Below, piece after piece: positions 1 to 13,899 of a stretch of 64,000 nt of DNA. A program made the translations under genes and the position numbers. The stretch comes from Eledone cirrhosa. Its lineage: Eukaryota. A model generated the notes under the pieces. That model ran no database searches, was not told the DNA's origin, and saw only the letters and a list, made by a program, of their open reading frames with translations. Each line of letters begins with the position of its first letter. The first letter of the stretch is position 1. The stretch spans positions 192,076,001 to 192,140,000 of the forward strand of contig OZ024741.1 in assembly GCA_964016885.1 (NCBI GenBank). Reading direction: 5' to 3'.

Positions 1-1385
1 TGGATGGTATTGATACCAGTTTTCCGTTGTTTCTTTTCCATAGAATTTACATATTTTCCAGTGGATGTACTGCCTCAGTCAGTCATGTCTGTTTTTCTAT
101 TTAAGCAGTGCTAAGGAGGTGCAGGCAGATATTAGGTGATCCACTGTTTCTGTATTTCTATCGCAGAACCTGCATTTTGAATTATTATTTTCCCCCTATA
201 TTTTTGGCAGATAATTTTTTGTGTCAAGACATTGGTCTCGTGCAGTCAGTATTAAACCTTCTGTTTTAGCTTTCAGTCTTGAATTGCATAGCCACTAATA
301 GGTCTGGGTTTTGTTTGCATCTGCATGGTTCAAGTTAAGTACTGGCCATGTAGAGGTTTATTTTGCCATTTTATCTTCATCTGCTGAGGGGTTACTTCCT
401 TTGCTCTTGTTTTGAGACCTTTGCTGCCATTGTTGGTGTTAGAGGAGTTTCGTGTGTCACAACTGTGTTCAGATTTATTTCCCATTTATATTTGGTGCTT
501 TCTTTTATCACAGAGAAAAAGCTTTTTGCGAGTTTTGTGTTGTTTTACTGCTTGCATCATCTAATCATTGGTTACTTCAAGCATTTGGTAGGCCAGTTGT
601 TGTTCTCAGGTAGGACATCTCCAATTGGATTAGACTTTTGCCTTCTTCAGATCTGGTCAGGTACAGTCACTCAATGTCCACTTTAGGGTGATGTATATGG
701 GAACATGTGAGAAGTTTACAGGTTTTAGTGTCCATTCTTTTGATATCTTGTATTGTCCAGTTAATTATGTTAAAGCTATACTGAGCAGTTACTGCTAAGC
801 TATTTATCGCAGATACTCTATTCTTTGAATTGAACTCTGTGTTTAAAAGAAATCACACTCACCTATGATATTCTTTTCTAATTTTTTCTTCCTTTTGAGT
901 GTGACTTATCCCCACACCTTCAGGGTTGCCAAGATATTTGTAAGTGTCTTCTTCAAGTTCTTTTATTTTTGATTTTATGTCTAAGTCTATGTTAGAACTT
1001 GCAGTTACTTTGCCTTCCTTCAAGGTCAATTCTGCACATTTACCAAGGCCAAAATCCATTGCTCCATACGTAGTATTCCTTAGTTCATGAGAAAGAGGGA
1101 GTAATGCTATACAGAAGATTTCTTGAGTTTGTTGTGTCTTTGCTGTGTTTCAAGGAAAGAGTTGTCTTCTATGGACCCATACTTTGTTTCAAGAAATTTA
1201 TAATTGTTGGGGATATTTTGTAAATTTTAAGAAATCGAAGAATCTGTGAGTGGAGGACACTATCAGACACTTTGATAGTCTATCCAGTCTGTGTTGAGAT
1301 TTCATTCTTTGTAGAGCAGTTTTCCACTATTATTTTGTTTATGAGTAGTTGGTCTTTACAATGATATGATCCCCATTTTCACTTT
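1..1385 (-). mobile_element. Degenerate non-LTR retrotransposon, R4/Dong-like (RT C-terminus plus CCHC region)
   Basis: Minus-strand fragments MDFGLGKCA...YKYLG, LKAKTEGLILTARDQ and CRFC..ETVDHLISAC, with many stops and frameshifts. Confidence 0.65.
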
Positions 1386-2022
1386 TGCGTACACACGATT
1401 ATTGATTATTGATATTTTATTATTATTCATTCTTTTACTTGATTCAGTCATTAGAGCATGGCCATGCTGGGTCACTACCATGAAGACATTTAGTCAATTA
1501 TATCAACCCTATTATTATTTTTTAAAGTCTGGGGCTTATTTTATCAATCTCTTTTTGTCAAACAGCTATGTTATGGGACATACACACTGCCACACACACA
1601 CATATACGATGGGCTTTTGCAGTTTCTGCTTCCCAAATTTCATTGACATTCATCTATCCCTAGCTTCCTTAGCAACCACCATATTAAAGAGTTTGGAACT
1701 ATGTCAAAGGCTTTTCCCAGGCCAATGAATGTTAGGTATAGGGGCTTATCTTAACTAAGTACTTCTCCTGTGGCTGTCTCAACAGGAAAGCAGCATCAGT
1801 AAAAACCTCTCCCTGGCACAAAGCCAGGCTTATGTTTTCCCTAATCCCTTGTGCTACTATTCTTTCTATGATCTTCATAACCTGTAATTGCCTCTCTCTA
1901 ATGTATTAACCTTGTTCTTATATACATACTATATTATTTGATTTACTGAACTGGCATATTATTAGTTAAGTTGCATAGAGATGGTAAAGTTATGTGAAGT
2001 GAAAATATTTGGGAACACTTAC

Positions 2023-2113
2023 CTTTCCTAATGACTTTAGGGCAGAAGCTCGTGTTAGTGGTCCATTGAACACCTCCCATATCAAACATCCTAAACCCCA
2101 CATATCAGTAGAC
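2023..2113 (-). CDS. SCYL1: SCYL1 coding exon 6 ([31 protein letters not shown]); gene continues beyond the left edge
   Basis: aacag acceptor; the first G completes the Trp codon from exon 5; GTAAGT donor; subdomain [16 protein letters not shown]. Confidence 0.95.
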
Positions 2114-3196
2114 CTGTTCATTATAAGAACATATATATGTGTATATATGTGTGTAGGTATATGTGTATGTATGTGGAGGCATGTGTGTATGTATGTGTGA
2201 GTATACATGTATGTATATATATGTATATGTGTAGGTATATGTTTATGTGTATGTATAGGTATAGGTATATGTATATGTGTGTATCATCATCATCATCATC
2301 ACCGTTTTACGTCCATTCTTCCATGCTAGCATGGGTTAGACGGGTTGTCCTGTTGTGGCAAATGCCAGGTTGGGTGACCATGTCTTCCTCATACGGGAAT
2401 ATATATATATGTGTGTGTGTGTGTGTAGGTATATGCGTATTTGGGAATAACATTTTATTCTATTCAGCCAACTCCTTTTAAAAATAAGAACTAGATAATG
2501 TGAAAATGTTTTCCTATAATAGACTAATGTCTTATCCAGGGGAACCATAATCTTTCCTTTGCTTTAAGCAACAAAACCTGAGCAGTATAGTTATACCACA
2601 CTGTAGCACCTCTTTGCAGTTAGGTGGACTGGGCTATTAACAGTTAAGTGTCTTGGTTATGGTTACGTTACAGTGAACCATAGAACACTGTGGTACATAC
2701 ACACATATATACTTATACAGTCGCTATCCCCATACACCTACAGGTGCAAACACATATTCCATGCTATTCACATGTTAACACCTGACTTATCAGTGTAATT
2801 CTAATTTACAATGCCCACAGCTGGAACATATTTGATAATAGCTGACTTGAGGCTAAACATCAAGGAAAGACATATTAGTTACTATAGTCCTTAATACACC
2901 ATGTCTAAATAAAAGACAAGATAGTTATGGCTGGTTTCTGAATCAGGGCTGACCTCTTATTCAACAAAAACAACAAGGAAGGAGCCACTAGATAATGTAG
3001 TCATAGGTGTACTATATTTGTGTAAAAGACTCAATGGTCATAGCTACATTATGTCTGAATGAAATATAGAATGGTTACAGCTGGAACACCTTGTATGATA
3101 GACAGCAGGATCAGGCTAACTTGGAGCTACATAATAGCAACAAGAGAAAATATACAATGTAAAATTAGAAAAATACAGAATAAAGAATTGAATTAC

Positions 3197-3396
3197 CATG
3201 CATTTCCACCAGATGGTTCTGGTGGATCATAAACCTTTAATACTGGTAAAGCTTTCACAGTTGGTTGACCACTAGCTGGATATAAATAATCCACTCCACC
3301 CATCTTCCATTCTCCTGCCAGATCAACAAACACTGACCATAGATTTATGTTGTTGTGGATGAAACTGCAGTCATTGTTTAAGAAAGCAACACCTTT
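3197..3396 (-). CDS. SCYL1: SCYL1 coding exon 5 ([16 protein letters not shown]...GEWKMGG...YDPPE...)
   Basis: ttttcag acceptor, phase-2 donor TG|GTAATT, 200 bp. Pseudokinase motifs: IHNN in place of HRD, MGG in place of DFG. Confidence 0.95.
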
Positions 3397-3414
3397 CTGA
3401 AAATAGAAGAAACA

Positions 3415-3603
3415 GAACATAAGATATGGATGGTTGAAGTGATGGAGAAGGTATGGAATGGAACTAACATGAGATATGGATGGTTGAAGTGATGGAGAAA
3501 GTATGGAATGGAACTAAAATGAGCTAAGGATGGTTGAAGTGATGGAGAAGGTATGGAATGGAACTAACATGAGCTATGGATGGTTGAAGTGATGGAGGAG
3601 GTA
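3415..3603. repeat. 50-bp minisatellite, about 3.7 copies
   Basis: Unit gagatatggatggttgaagtgatggagaaggtatggaatggaactaacat starts at 3421, 3471, 3521 and 3571. Confidence 0.95.
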
Positions 3604-3769
3604 ATAAGGAGTTAAAGGTGCTGATGGTTTGTATATGTTACTGGAATTGTGTTCATTGTGCTGTGTCTATAACTAAGAACATTATCAGTCAACTAGATTG
3701 AAATGATATCTTCAAAATTTTGAGATACTGCGGTGTCCCAAAAGCCAAACCAAAGCCTTCATAATCCTC

Positions 3770-5080
3770 TAGGAAAACACATCATCATCAATCACTGTTG
3801 TTGGTGAGTAAATGGAGAAATTCATAACAACTAGTGTTCTCCAAGGCGATGTATTGGCACCCTAGCTTCTATTTGTTGTGATTGATTGGGAGATGAGAAA
3901 TGTCATAGCGGCAAACCAAAGGATATCCTGAAAAAAGGATTGGTAGCCTTGAATATGCAGATGATATTGGCATGGAGAATGAATTTAAAAGCAGTTAAAA
4001 ACAATTTGATGCACTGGCCTTTAAAGCTCCAGAAGTAGGTCTGTAATTTAACTTAGACAAAACAAAAGCCAAAGTGAAAAATATCAACCATGCTAATTCT
4101 AGATGGGACAACACAGAGATGGTTGATGATTTTCAGTATCTAGGGTCTTTTGACAATGATACTATAATAGGTTTCAAATATAGACGGCCAAAAGGTTGGA
4201 CAGCCTTTTGGAAACTGAAAGATGAGTGCCAACATCCCACTATAAATCAATTTTTAAAAAATACCAGTCTTCTATGTTTTCATCTACAAAACTGAGTCAT
4301 ACACCATTACAAAGACATTCATTCATTTCATTTCATTTCACTTTACGTCCGCTTTTTCCCTGCTTGCAAGGGTGGGACGGGAACTGATACTGGCTTGATT
4401 TCTACAGCTGGATGCCCTTCCTAACACCAACCTCATTTACAGTGAGTGCTGGGTGCCTTTTTGCCGTGGCACCTCCACAACCACTTTGCAGTGTGGGCTG
4501 GGTGCTTTTTTGCCGTGGCACCTCCACGACCACTTTGCAGTGGAATGATAGGGACCCCAGTCCTATCATCTCATTTCTACAGCTGAGTAAACTGGAGCAA
4601 TGTGAAATAAAGTGTCTTGCTCAAGGAAACAACACATCACCCGGTCTGAGAATTGAACTCACAACCTTTCGATTGCAAAGCCAATGCTCTAACCACTAAG
4701 CCATGTGCCTCCACATTAGAGAAAAAATTAATGCCTTTCAAACTCGGTGTCTGAGAATCTTATTTAACATCAGCAGAACAGACCATGTCACCAATCAATA
4801 TGTATACAAGCAAATAAATACCTGCCCACTAGTTAACAGTGATTTATTGGCAGTTATCATTCATTGGACATTCTATTAGATGAAGCAAGGAAGATTTGAT
4901 TCAGCAATACTGTCTGTATGTCCTATAACATGGGAAAAGAAGAAGAGGCAGACAGAAACCAAGCTATGTGAAGCATATTACTGGTTGCCTTCGTCATGAC
5001 GTCTGACTCTAAGAGAATGAAATATGTGAAGCTGCCAGGGACAGAGTGGTATGGAGTTCTGTTGCTGAGGCCATCTATCT
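3770..5080 (+). mobile_element. Degenerate RTE-like LINE fragment interrupted by a SINE
   Basis: Fragments VLQGDVLAP, EYADDI, VDDFQYLGS and GKRRRGRQK. SINE inserted at about 4320-4713. Confidence 0.6.
4320..4713 (-). mobile_element. tRNA-derived SINE (family C) with CORE/V-like body and RTE-type 3' tail
   Basis: Minus strand TGGCTTAGTGG (box A) and GAGTTCAATTC (box B), then TCCTTGAGCAAGACACTT. The tail is shared with the RTE 3' end. Near-identical copies at 22178-22512 and 25338-25685. Confidence 0.8.
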
Positions 5081-6334
5081 TTTCTCTACATTGGGATGAG
5101 ATAGAGCAGACTTAAAAAAGTAGGTACCACAGTGTAGTACAACTATAGAATTCCGGTTTTATGGTATAAATGAAAAGAGAGACAATGGTCCTTCTCTCAT
5201 CTACCACTTTCTATCCTATTCACTGTACCACATTGACTGAGTAACAAGAGAGGGTATTTGATTTATCTACATTCAATCCCTTCACTATCACCATCTAACC
5301 AATTATCATTATCACAATCACTTCTCTTCCACCATCACCCTCTTATTCCACCACTGTTCTTCTCATCACTTTCATCACAATTTCCATGGAATGAGGGATG
5401 ATATCAAATCTGTCCATATTCTATTCAGAACACCCTTCCATCACTCTCTACTGCTAATCCTCATTCACTATCTTTCTCCAATGCACTTCATACCTGACAT
5501 TTATCACTCTGACCACCACATATCTCTGTTGCTATCAATCAATTGCCCTTTCTTTCCATGACACATGTTTATTGCTATACTATTATGCTAGTCTTGCTAC
5601 CAATAAGCAATATGTAGTTCTCACTGTCTCACTAAGTCCCTCATTAACCATCCTCTCACCCTATTTCCCATATCTATTCATACTCTCTCCTCTTTTACAT
5701 TTTTAGTCATCAATCTTCTTTTTCTCATAATCTTGGTCACATTTGCTTTGAAAGAATGAAAGCATCATAGTCTGGAAAGGGTCACAGGAAAACAAGAAGA
5801 ACAGTAAAAAGACATCAGCACATTTCATTTTATATTATTTTGAAACTAAAAATGATTGAATGAAGGCATAGGGTAGACAGGGCTCTTTTGTCTTGTCCAA
5901 GTCCTAGTGCTGATACCACAATAAAATGCACCCAGTACACTCTATAAAGTGGTTGACAATTGAACAGAGATAATTTAAGATAAAATAGACTCTTTAGTTG
6001 CACTGAAGACTTAACAGCCATTCTAGTGCTGATGCCACTACAGTATATACACACAGTGCACTCTGTAAAGTGGTTAGTGTTAGAAAAGGGCATTTAGCTA
6101 TAGAAACTGTCAAAATGCAATGTCTGAGTGAGGTATGGTCCTTTGACCTGTTCAGTAACTCTAAATAGGAACTGAAATGGATTGTGAGGGCCCATTCAAC
6201 CAATGACAACATGGAAAATGGATATAAAATTATATATATGTATGTATATGATAGATGAATAAAAATGACGAAAAATCTTACTCCAGCTCCATTATTAATA
6301 CATAAATGTGTTTATATATTAAATATTAACACCT

Positions 6335-6411
<77 letters not shown>

Positions 6412-6412
6412 C

Positions 6413-6690
6413 ATCATCACCATCACCGTTTTATGTCCGTTCTTCCATGCTAGCATGGGTTAGACGGGTTGTCCTGTTGTGGGCAGTAGCCAGTCGGCTG
6501 ACCAAGTCTTGCTCATACAGGAACTGATTCTGGCTTGATTTCTACAGCTGGATGCCCTTCCTAATACCAACCTCATTTACAGTGAGTGTTGGGTGCTTTT
6601 TTTCCGTGGCGCCTACACGTCCACTTTACAGTGTGGGCTGGGTGCTTTTTTGCCGTGGCACCTCCATGACCACTTTGCAGTGGGAAGGGG
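6413..6690 (-). mobile_element. RTE-tail SINE/LINE 3' fragment
   Basis: catcat-gtttt..gtcc terminus and the ctggatgcccttcctaa.accaacc core. A shorter copy is at 2283-2400. Confidence 0.7.
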
Positions 6691-7162
6691 TGTATATATA
6701 AGCAAACAAAATTTGCTTTCAAGAAACCACTGGTAAATGAAATAATTATCTTATGTTGTTTATTACATAACTAATAAGCTCTGTAACCTACATAGAGTAC
6801 TCTTTTTTCCTTGAACCTTTCCGACGGAATTACTTCATTCATACATATATATAAACAAATAGTAAAAAGGAAAAAAAATACAGTAGAAAATGGTGGAGGG
6901 ATTTTTTCAGTATAATATCAAAACATATATTTATAAAGTAGGGATTTCTGCATTTAATCATGTACTGGTTTCAGCTTTATATGCTTTTTCAATGACGGAA
7001 GTGTACAGTGCAGTTAAATTGCATATTTATACGAATAATAATAAAATGGAGAAAAAAAAATGTTTAGTTTTTACATATATATTTAGAGAGGAAAGTTCAT
7101 ATTTTTGTTCGAAGTTTCCTTTCGTTCTCAACAGAAGTGGTAGCAGTTTAAATTGTTGGCTT

Positions 7163-7200
<38 letters not shown>

Positions 7201-7637
7201 CAAATAACGAAACGAAATTAAATTTAATTTCGTTTCGTTATTTGTTTTTATCGTCTCCGTTGAACCGGTACGTACTCACACTCTATGCAAATTGGTCTGC
7301 CCACTACTAATTTTCATAGAAAAAGCATATAGCGATATGTGCTTTTACGATTCTCTAGAAAGGCCGGGAGATAGGTAAATATTGCTGATGAGTTGTAACA
7401 ACAACGAAACTAGTTCAATATTCCTTGTCTGGCTTTCTGGAGAATAGAGGAAAGGTGTTTCCTCAAAAACCAGTATGACTCTAAAAACCGGTTTGTCTGT
7501 GTGTTTACATACAGAATAGCTGGACACTCACAGTAAAGTGACCAGTGAAAAAATCGGTACATCTACATATGTATACGTGTGTGTATTCATATGCATACTA
7601 GTATTTCAGTATACATATGTGGATGTACATTTTTAAC

Positions 7638-7668
<31 letters not shown>

Positions 7669-7761
7669 AGGATATGTTATGGCTGAAACACCTTTGATCA
7701 TAGGTCTGTTGGATCAGTGCTGATCTGGGGTGAAAAAAGAAAATAGAAAAAAAAGACTCAC

Positions 7762-7884
7762 AGCAATTTGGTGAAGTCCCCATGATATGGCAAGTTCATT
7801 ACAGCTACCATCCTTCTCATCATTAGTTAAGTGGGAACAAAGGGGGACAACTGATTCTGTCACAATGTAGATTATACGATCTGT
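7762..7884 (-). CDS. SCYL1: SCYL1 coding exon 4 (TDRIIYIVTESVVPL...ELAISWGLHQIA)
   Basis: tttgcag acceptor, GTGAGT donor, 123 bp. Contains VTE.V.PL and ISWGLHQI motifs. Confidence 0.95.
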
Positions 7885-8504
7885 CTGCAAAGAAAATCAC
7901 AAAACTATTACTAGTGTAGTCATTCAGAACAACAGGGGGGTTTGAGACATCGCAAACTCATACAATTTAACCTCTTTTACACAGGTGAACAACAGTAAGT
8001 ATTTAACTGCAGTGGTTTAATGTTTTTCAGAATGCACATTTTTCATGCATATTTTGAATGCTCCAGCTTTCTTCACTCAAAGTTCAAATTTTGCTGAGGT
8101 CAACTTTACCTTTTATTCTTTTGGGTTTGATACAATAAAGAACCACTCTAGGGTTGTAGATTGACAGGATTGTAAGAGCATTGGATGAGATGTTTTATGA
8201 TAATTTTTCCTGGACTTTGCATTCTGAGTTCAAATTCTGGTCCCTCATTAACAAAATCACTTGGCTCTTGGATGTCTTTAGTAGAGTCCACTCTGCTGTA
8301 AGCATTTAAACCAGATATCTAGTTTGAAGATAAAATACTGTTTTCGTCTCTACAACTAAACAGTAAAAAACACAATCTTTAAAATTACATAGTGTTTCTT
8401 TTATCACTATTTTGACAAGCAAAGTGGTCTATGCTTTACTGAAAAGGTTTAATAAAACTGAAACATATCGAGATTTGTCTCCCATACTTGCAAAAGTGAT
8501 TAAT

Positions 8505-8685
8505 GATTGTTTCTACTTTTGGCACAAGGCCAGCAATTACCCAGTGTATTACTGGTACTTTATTTTATCGACCCTGTAAGGATGAAAGGCAAAGTTAACC
8601 TCGGCAGGATTTGAACTCAGACCATAGAGGGATGTAACTATGCTGAAAAGCATGGCATCCGACCCTCTACCGATACTGCCAATAT
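8505..8685 (-). mobile_element. tRNA-derived SINE family A
   Basis: Box A TGGCAGTATCGG, box B GAGTTCAAATCC, body aactttgcctttcatcc..gtcgataaaataaagtaccag. From memory this resembles the Meta/MESC central domain; needs checking. Inserted in one arm of a long inverted repeat. Confidence 0.8.
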
Positions 8686-9489
8686 AATGATTGTTACTAA
8701 TTAAATTTTTGTTTCTGATGTTGATTACATTAAATATATTAACACTAACTAAATAATGATTTCACGTATTGCAGTAGATAAAATTATGAAAATAAAATAT
8801 GAATATTTATTACTATTATAATATTTCAGATTATTAAACTCATCTTTAAAATATGAATATTAAAAAAAAAAGAAAAATTTGGCATCTTCATATTTCAGTC
8901 AGTTTGATCCTTCTTATTCCTGGGTGTGTATATAGTAACAGATTGTATGGACCAACAACTAACACACACACACACACACACCCTCTTAAACTTGTACACA
9001 TATATCCTCAGAACTTCATATAGACAAATAAAAACAGTCTCTTAAACTTATATATACACACACACATCCTCATAGCGTTGTACAAAAAAAAAAACCCACA
9101 CTCTTACACACCTACATATCTACTCTATATATAAAAAGATTTTTTCCTTTTCAGCAAAATATAGATGCCTTCAATCATAGCGTTTTAAAACATGACCAAC
9201 TGGACTTCATACACCAACACTAAAATCAACAGCTTTCTAAGAGAAGGTGGCCTGAATAGACCTGTTTTTTCCCAAAGAAATTTGTTTTCGTTCCTTCCAC
9301 TGGTCACTCTCCTCTATCTTTTTATTTCTTCTTTAATTTCCTAATGAAGGACTAGCATCTGAAATGTTAAAATTCTTTTCCTACTATATCAAGCATAAAA
9401 CTAATATATTTCTTCAGTGTACTGTGTTGTATGATTAGTTATTTGTTTAAGTTTTGCATACATACATACATACATGAGGGTTGCAGCGT

Positions 9490-10420
9490 CTTCACAGACA
9501 ATTGGCCTCTCTTAGTGATTCTTCATCGTCATCCCATCCGTGTCCATGACTCCATAGACCAGCTGTAGATCTGCATGGTTTACGACACAGGTGACAGAAG
9601 AGAGTTATGCTTTCCACAGGGCCGGTGGAGTCACCCTGTGGGACACAATCTTTAGGCACCACCACGTGTTTTTTTTTTAGTCTGGAACTAGTTCTGCACA
9701 CTTTACTGCATATCATGCACGTTTATTCGCCAGGTCTTTGTTGAGTGATGTTGTGGGTTGTTACCCTTTCATGTGACTTCAGGTAATTAACATAACCAGT
9801 CTTTGAGAGGGGTACACACTGACAGCATTACCATGTCCAACTACTGATGACTTCATCAAGACTGTGAGCACAGCCCTTCCAGAGCTGACACTTCAGTTGT
9901 TTATGTTCTAGAGACGACATTCCTCAAACATTTTGCAACTGTCCTTTATACGCTTTCTCCACTCAGCCCTATTTAGAGCTATCTCCTCCCAGTTGTCTAC
10001 ATCAAATACCAGTTCTTTGAGGTTGTTCTTGATGCTGTCCATGTACCTCATTTTCAGTTTGTATTGAGGCCTTTTTCAAAGATGGAGCTCACCGTAAAAC
10101 AGTTGCTTCGGGATCCTGCTTTCTTTCATGCAGACGATATGTCCTGTCCAGCACATTTAAGATGTAACTTGAGACTTAATGCTTGGACATTCTGCTTTGA
10201 TAAGGACATGGATGTCAGGAGTTCTGTCTTGCCACTTGATGTTGAATATGTGCCTTAAACATTTCTGCCGTCCAGGTTTTGGCAGAGTATAAAAGAGCAG
10301 AGAGAACACATGATCTGAACACATGATCTACACACACACCTTGGTATTGTTGGTAATGTTGCGATTTACCCAAACTCTCTTTTCCAATTTTTCGAAGGCA
10401 ACAGAGGCCATGTGGATGTG
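9490..10420 (-). mobile_element. Degenerate RTE/BovB-like LINE 3' part
   Basis: Fragments [17 protein letters not shown] and C-terminal CxxC..H zinc knuckles (CHLCRKPCRSTAGLWSH). Confidence 0.6.
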
Positions 10421-10440
10421 CAGATGTACCTACATACATA

Positions 10441-10556
<116 letters not shown>

Positions 10557-10584
10557 TATATATATACATATATATATACATACA

Positions 10585-10619
<35 letters not shown>

Positions 10620-10835
10620 CAACACATGTACAGAGGTGTTTCAATTCCATTTTCGCTGTTAAAGCAGAGGTTAGCCTTATGGACCTCATGACTGTCATCA
10701 TACTCATCATAAGGTCCTTTTTGAGGCATTATTCTATGCCACTTACAACATTCAGGGTAATGATGTATCGATTCTAAACTAGAATCACACAGTATATATG
10801 TATCATCATTTAACGTCCGTTTTCACTTCTAGAAA

Positions 10836-10878
<43 letters not shown>

Positions 10879-12256
10879 TGTTGAAGTTTGCTTGAAGCAT
10901 TGTGGAATAATAAAAATGGTCGTTTTGGAAGCCTCAACAATGCAGATAGGTAAATCTCCAAGTAACAGAATCAGGTGGTAATGAGAGAGAGATGTAAGAG
11001 GAAGCATAGAAAGAGACATAGAGAGCGTAAAGGAATGTAGGAAAAGTGTAAAAAATAAAAACGCGAGATAGAGTTACCTTGGAAGTGATTTAATAGTCCC
11101 TGTATTTTGGATTTCGCATCCATCAACTGGGGGTTTTCTGAGGGAAAAAAGTTTTGTCAGAGAGGAATAACACATGGCCTCTGCTGTTTACCGTCTGCGT
11201 ACAACTGAACTACTCTATCGGGCGCGTGTGCGCGCTGAATAGCTACGGTCAGACAAAGTTCAAGGCAGTTCTTCTATACTAGAGTAGTGGGTTGGTGATA
11301 TGTCAATGTGTACGCATCTTTGCTGTCAATTCCTTACGTTCGGTCTGTGATAGTGAGGATCACTGGCAGGCATGGCGATGGTAGTCTGCCTGCTTCTTGT
11401 CTGTCGGTTGTTGGGTATGATATAGACACAATAGAAATCGCTCGATTGTCACTGTGTGTGTTGTTGTTGTTCCATTTGTTTACACGAGCCATCTCGTCTT
11501 ACTTCTCTCGGATCGATTATTGATTTGTGGTCCGAGGCGTTTGATCCTTAAAGTGCCAATTGATCAAGCAAGTTGATGGATGTGAAATCCAAAATATAAG
11601 GACAATTAAATCACTTCCAAGGTAACTCTATCTCGTGTTATTATATTTTACACTTTTCCTACATTCCTTTATGCTCTCTATGTCTCTTTCTACGCTTCTT
11701 CTTACATCTCTCTCTCTCTCATTACCACCTGATTCTGTTACCTGGAGATTTACCTATCTGTATTGTTGGGGCTTCCAAAACGACTATATATATATATATA
11801 TATATATCACGCCATAGACTCTTGTTATTCCCTGTCAATAATGTGCTCAAAGGAAAAGGAATCCTGAGCTCTTTAAAATACAATATGTTGAAAAGGTAAC
11901 ATACTAGAGAGAGATAGTGTGCCATCAATAAAACAGGGAAAACCACCAGTGTATGGAGTCTATAATCTATGGAAGGCAGAGTAGACACACAGTAATTAAA
12001 AATATAAATTAAAATGTATATACACACCTCTATAACTATATAACACACGCATACAAATCCAAAGAGATCTGTTTCACCAGGAAGATGTTGACTGAAATGG
12101 AATAGTTATAGAGGTGCGTATATACATTTTAATTTATATTTTTAATTATTGTGTGTCTACCCTGCCTTCCATAGGTTATAGATTCCATACACTGGTGGTT
12201 TTACCTGTTTTATTGATGGCGCACTATCTCTCTCTAGTGTGTTACCTTTTCAACAT

Positions 12257-12311
<55 letters not shown>

Positions 12312-13899
12312 TTGGTGTATGAAGTCCAGTTGGTCATGTTTTAAAACGCTATGATTGAAAGCATCTATATTGTGCTGAAAAGGAAAAAATCTTTTTATAT
12401 ATAGAGTAGCTATGTAGGTGTGTAAGAGTGTCTGTATATGTGTTTTTATTTGTCTATATGAAGTTGTGTGTACAAGTTTAACAGGGTATGTGTGTCTTAG
12501 TTGTTGGTCCATACAATCTGTTATTATATACACACCCAGGAATAAGAAAGATCAAACTGATTGAAATATGGTGAAGATGTCAATTTCTTTTTTTATATTT
12601 ATATTTTAAAGATGAGTTTAATAATCTGAAATATTATAATAGTAATAAATATTCACATTTTTTTTTCATTTGATCTACTTCAATATGTGAAATAATTATT
12701 TAGTTAGTGTTAATATATTTAATGTAATCAACATCAGAAACAAAAATTTAATTAGTAATAATTATATTATATTAATCACTTTTGGGAGTATGGGAGACAA
12801 ATCTGGATATGTTTCAGTTTTATTAAAACTTTTCAGTAAAGCATAAAGCATAGACCACTTGGCTTGTCAAAATAGCGATTTTGTTCCCTTATATATTCAT
12901 ACTATTGATACTCTGCTCCCCAAGAGCATTGAGTGCTAATTCACCATACTGCCTACAAACGCAATTAACTTCTACCTTAATACCAACACACACATATACA
13001 TGTATATATATATATATATATTTGTTTTGCAAGGTTTATGATATGAAATTATGTGTTGAAACAAATATTGTTATATTTGGGGAGGGTCATACTGTTATAA
13101 TATTGCCAGAAATAATAATTAAACACACTCACTGTTTGGTTTGGTTTGGTATGGGTTGGTTTTCGCTTCTGTATCTTTTATATCTCCACAGTTAATTTAT
13201 CTGACAATCAATGTTTCTCATTGATTGACCAACAGTTAAAAATACAGATATAAATATATATAGTCTATCAAAGTTCTTTCATCACACACCTGTGACATCA
13301 TCAGTGGTACTATTATATTTCCTCCCATTGTATTTGTAATGTCTACGCCATTTTTATTTTATTATTTATCTATTCTTGTCTCTGTGCATGCATTTGCATG
13401 TGTGTTTCTTGTTTGGTGTGTGTGTATGTTCATGTCTGAGTCATGTATATTTGTATTCTATCTTTATCCACTCGTGTGTGTTTAGGTGTGGTTGTTGTTA
13501 TTGTACCTGTATATATTTATTTATATTTATCATAGGTCAGTATTGTGTGTTTGTGTATGGTTGTTGTTGTTAATCTATTAATTTTTTCTGTTCAACTTTG
13601 GTTTTCTTAGTTCTATTTCAGTTGCTTCTCTGATTTGTCTATCTGTTCAGTAATTTCTATGTTTAGATATTATTTTAATTTCTATGTTGTCTATATTACC
13701 ATCATGTCTTTGCCTGGCATGTTCATATCGTACCGAACCGTCTTTTTGTCCTTTCAGTTCCCTCCAATGTTCGTCTATTCTTTCTCCTATGTTTCGAGCT
13801 GTATCACTTATGTACATCATTATCATGTTTCTGCATGTACGCTCTGTACATCTTATGCTATAGACTACATTTCTAGTTTTACAATTTATTTGAGGATTT

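Noticed and set aside
2114-3196. Possible U12-type intron, given the poor pyrimidine tract
   Set aside because: The donor is GTAATT, not RTATCCTT, and there is no clear TCCTTAAC branch site.
3193-3420. ORF-track start and stop for SCYL1 pieces (also 1990-2208 and 43633-43830)
   Set aside because: The ORF limits run into introns; true boundaries were set from splice sites and homology.
3421-3603. CRISPR-like regular repeats
   Set aside because: Head-to-tail minisatellite with no unique spacers, in a eukaryotic context with no cas genes.
4630-4713. tRNA gene (also the heads of SINE family A)
   Set aside because: A and B boxes are present, but the cloverleaf is imperfect and each copy continues into a SINE body.
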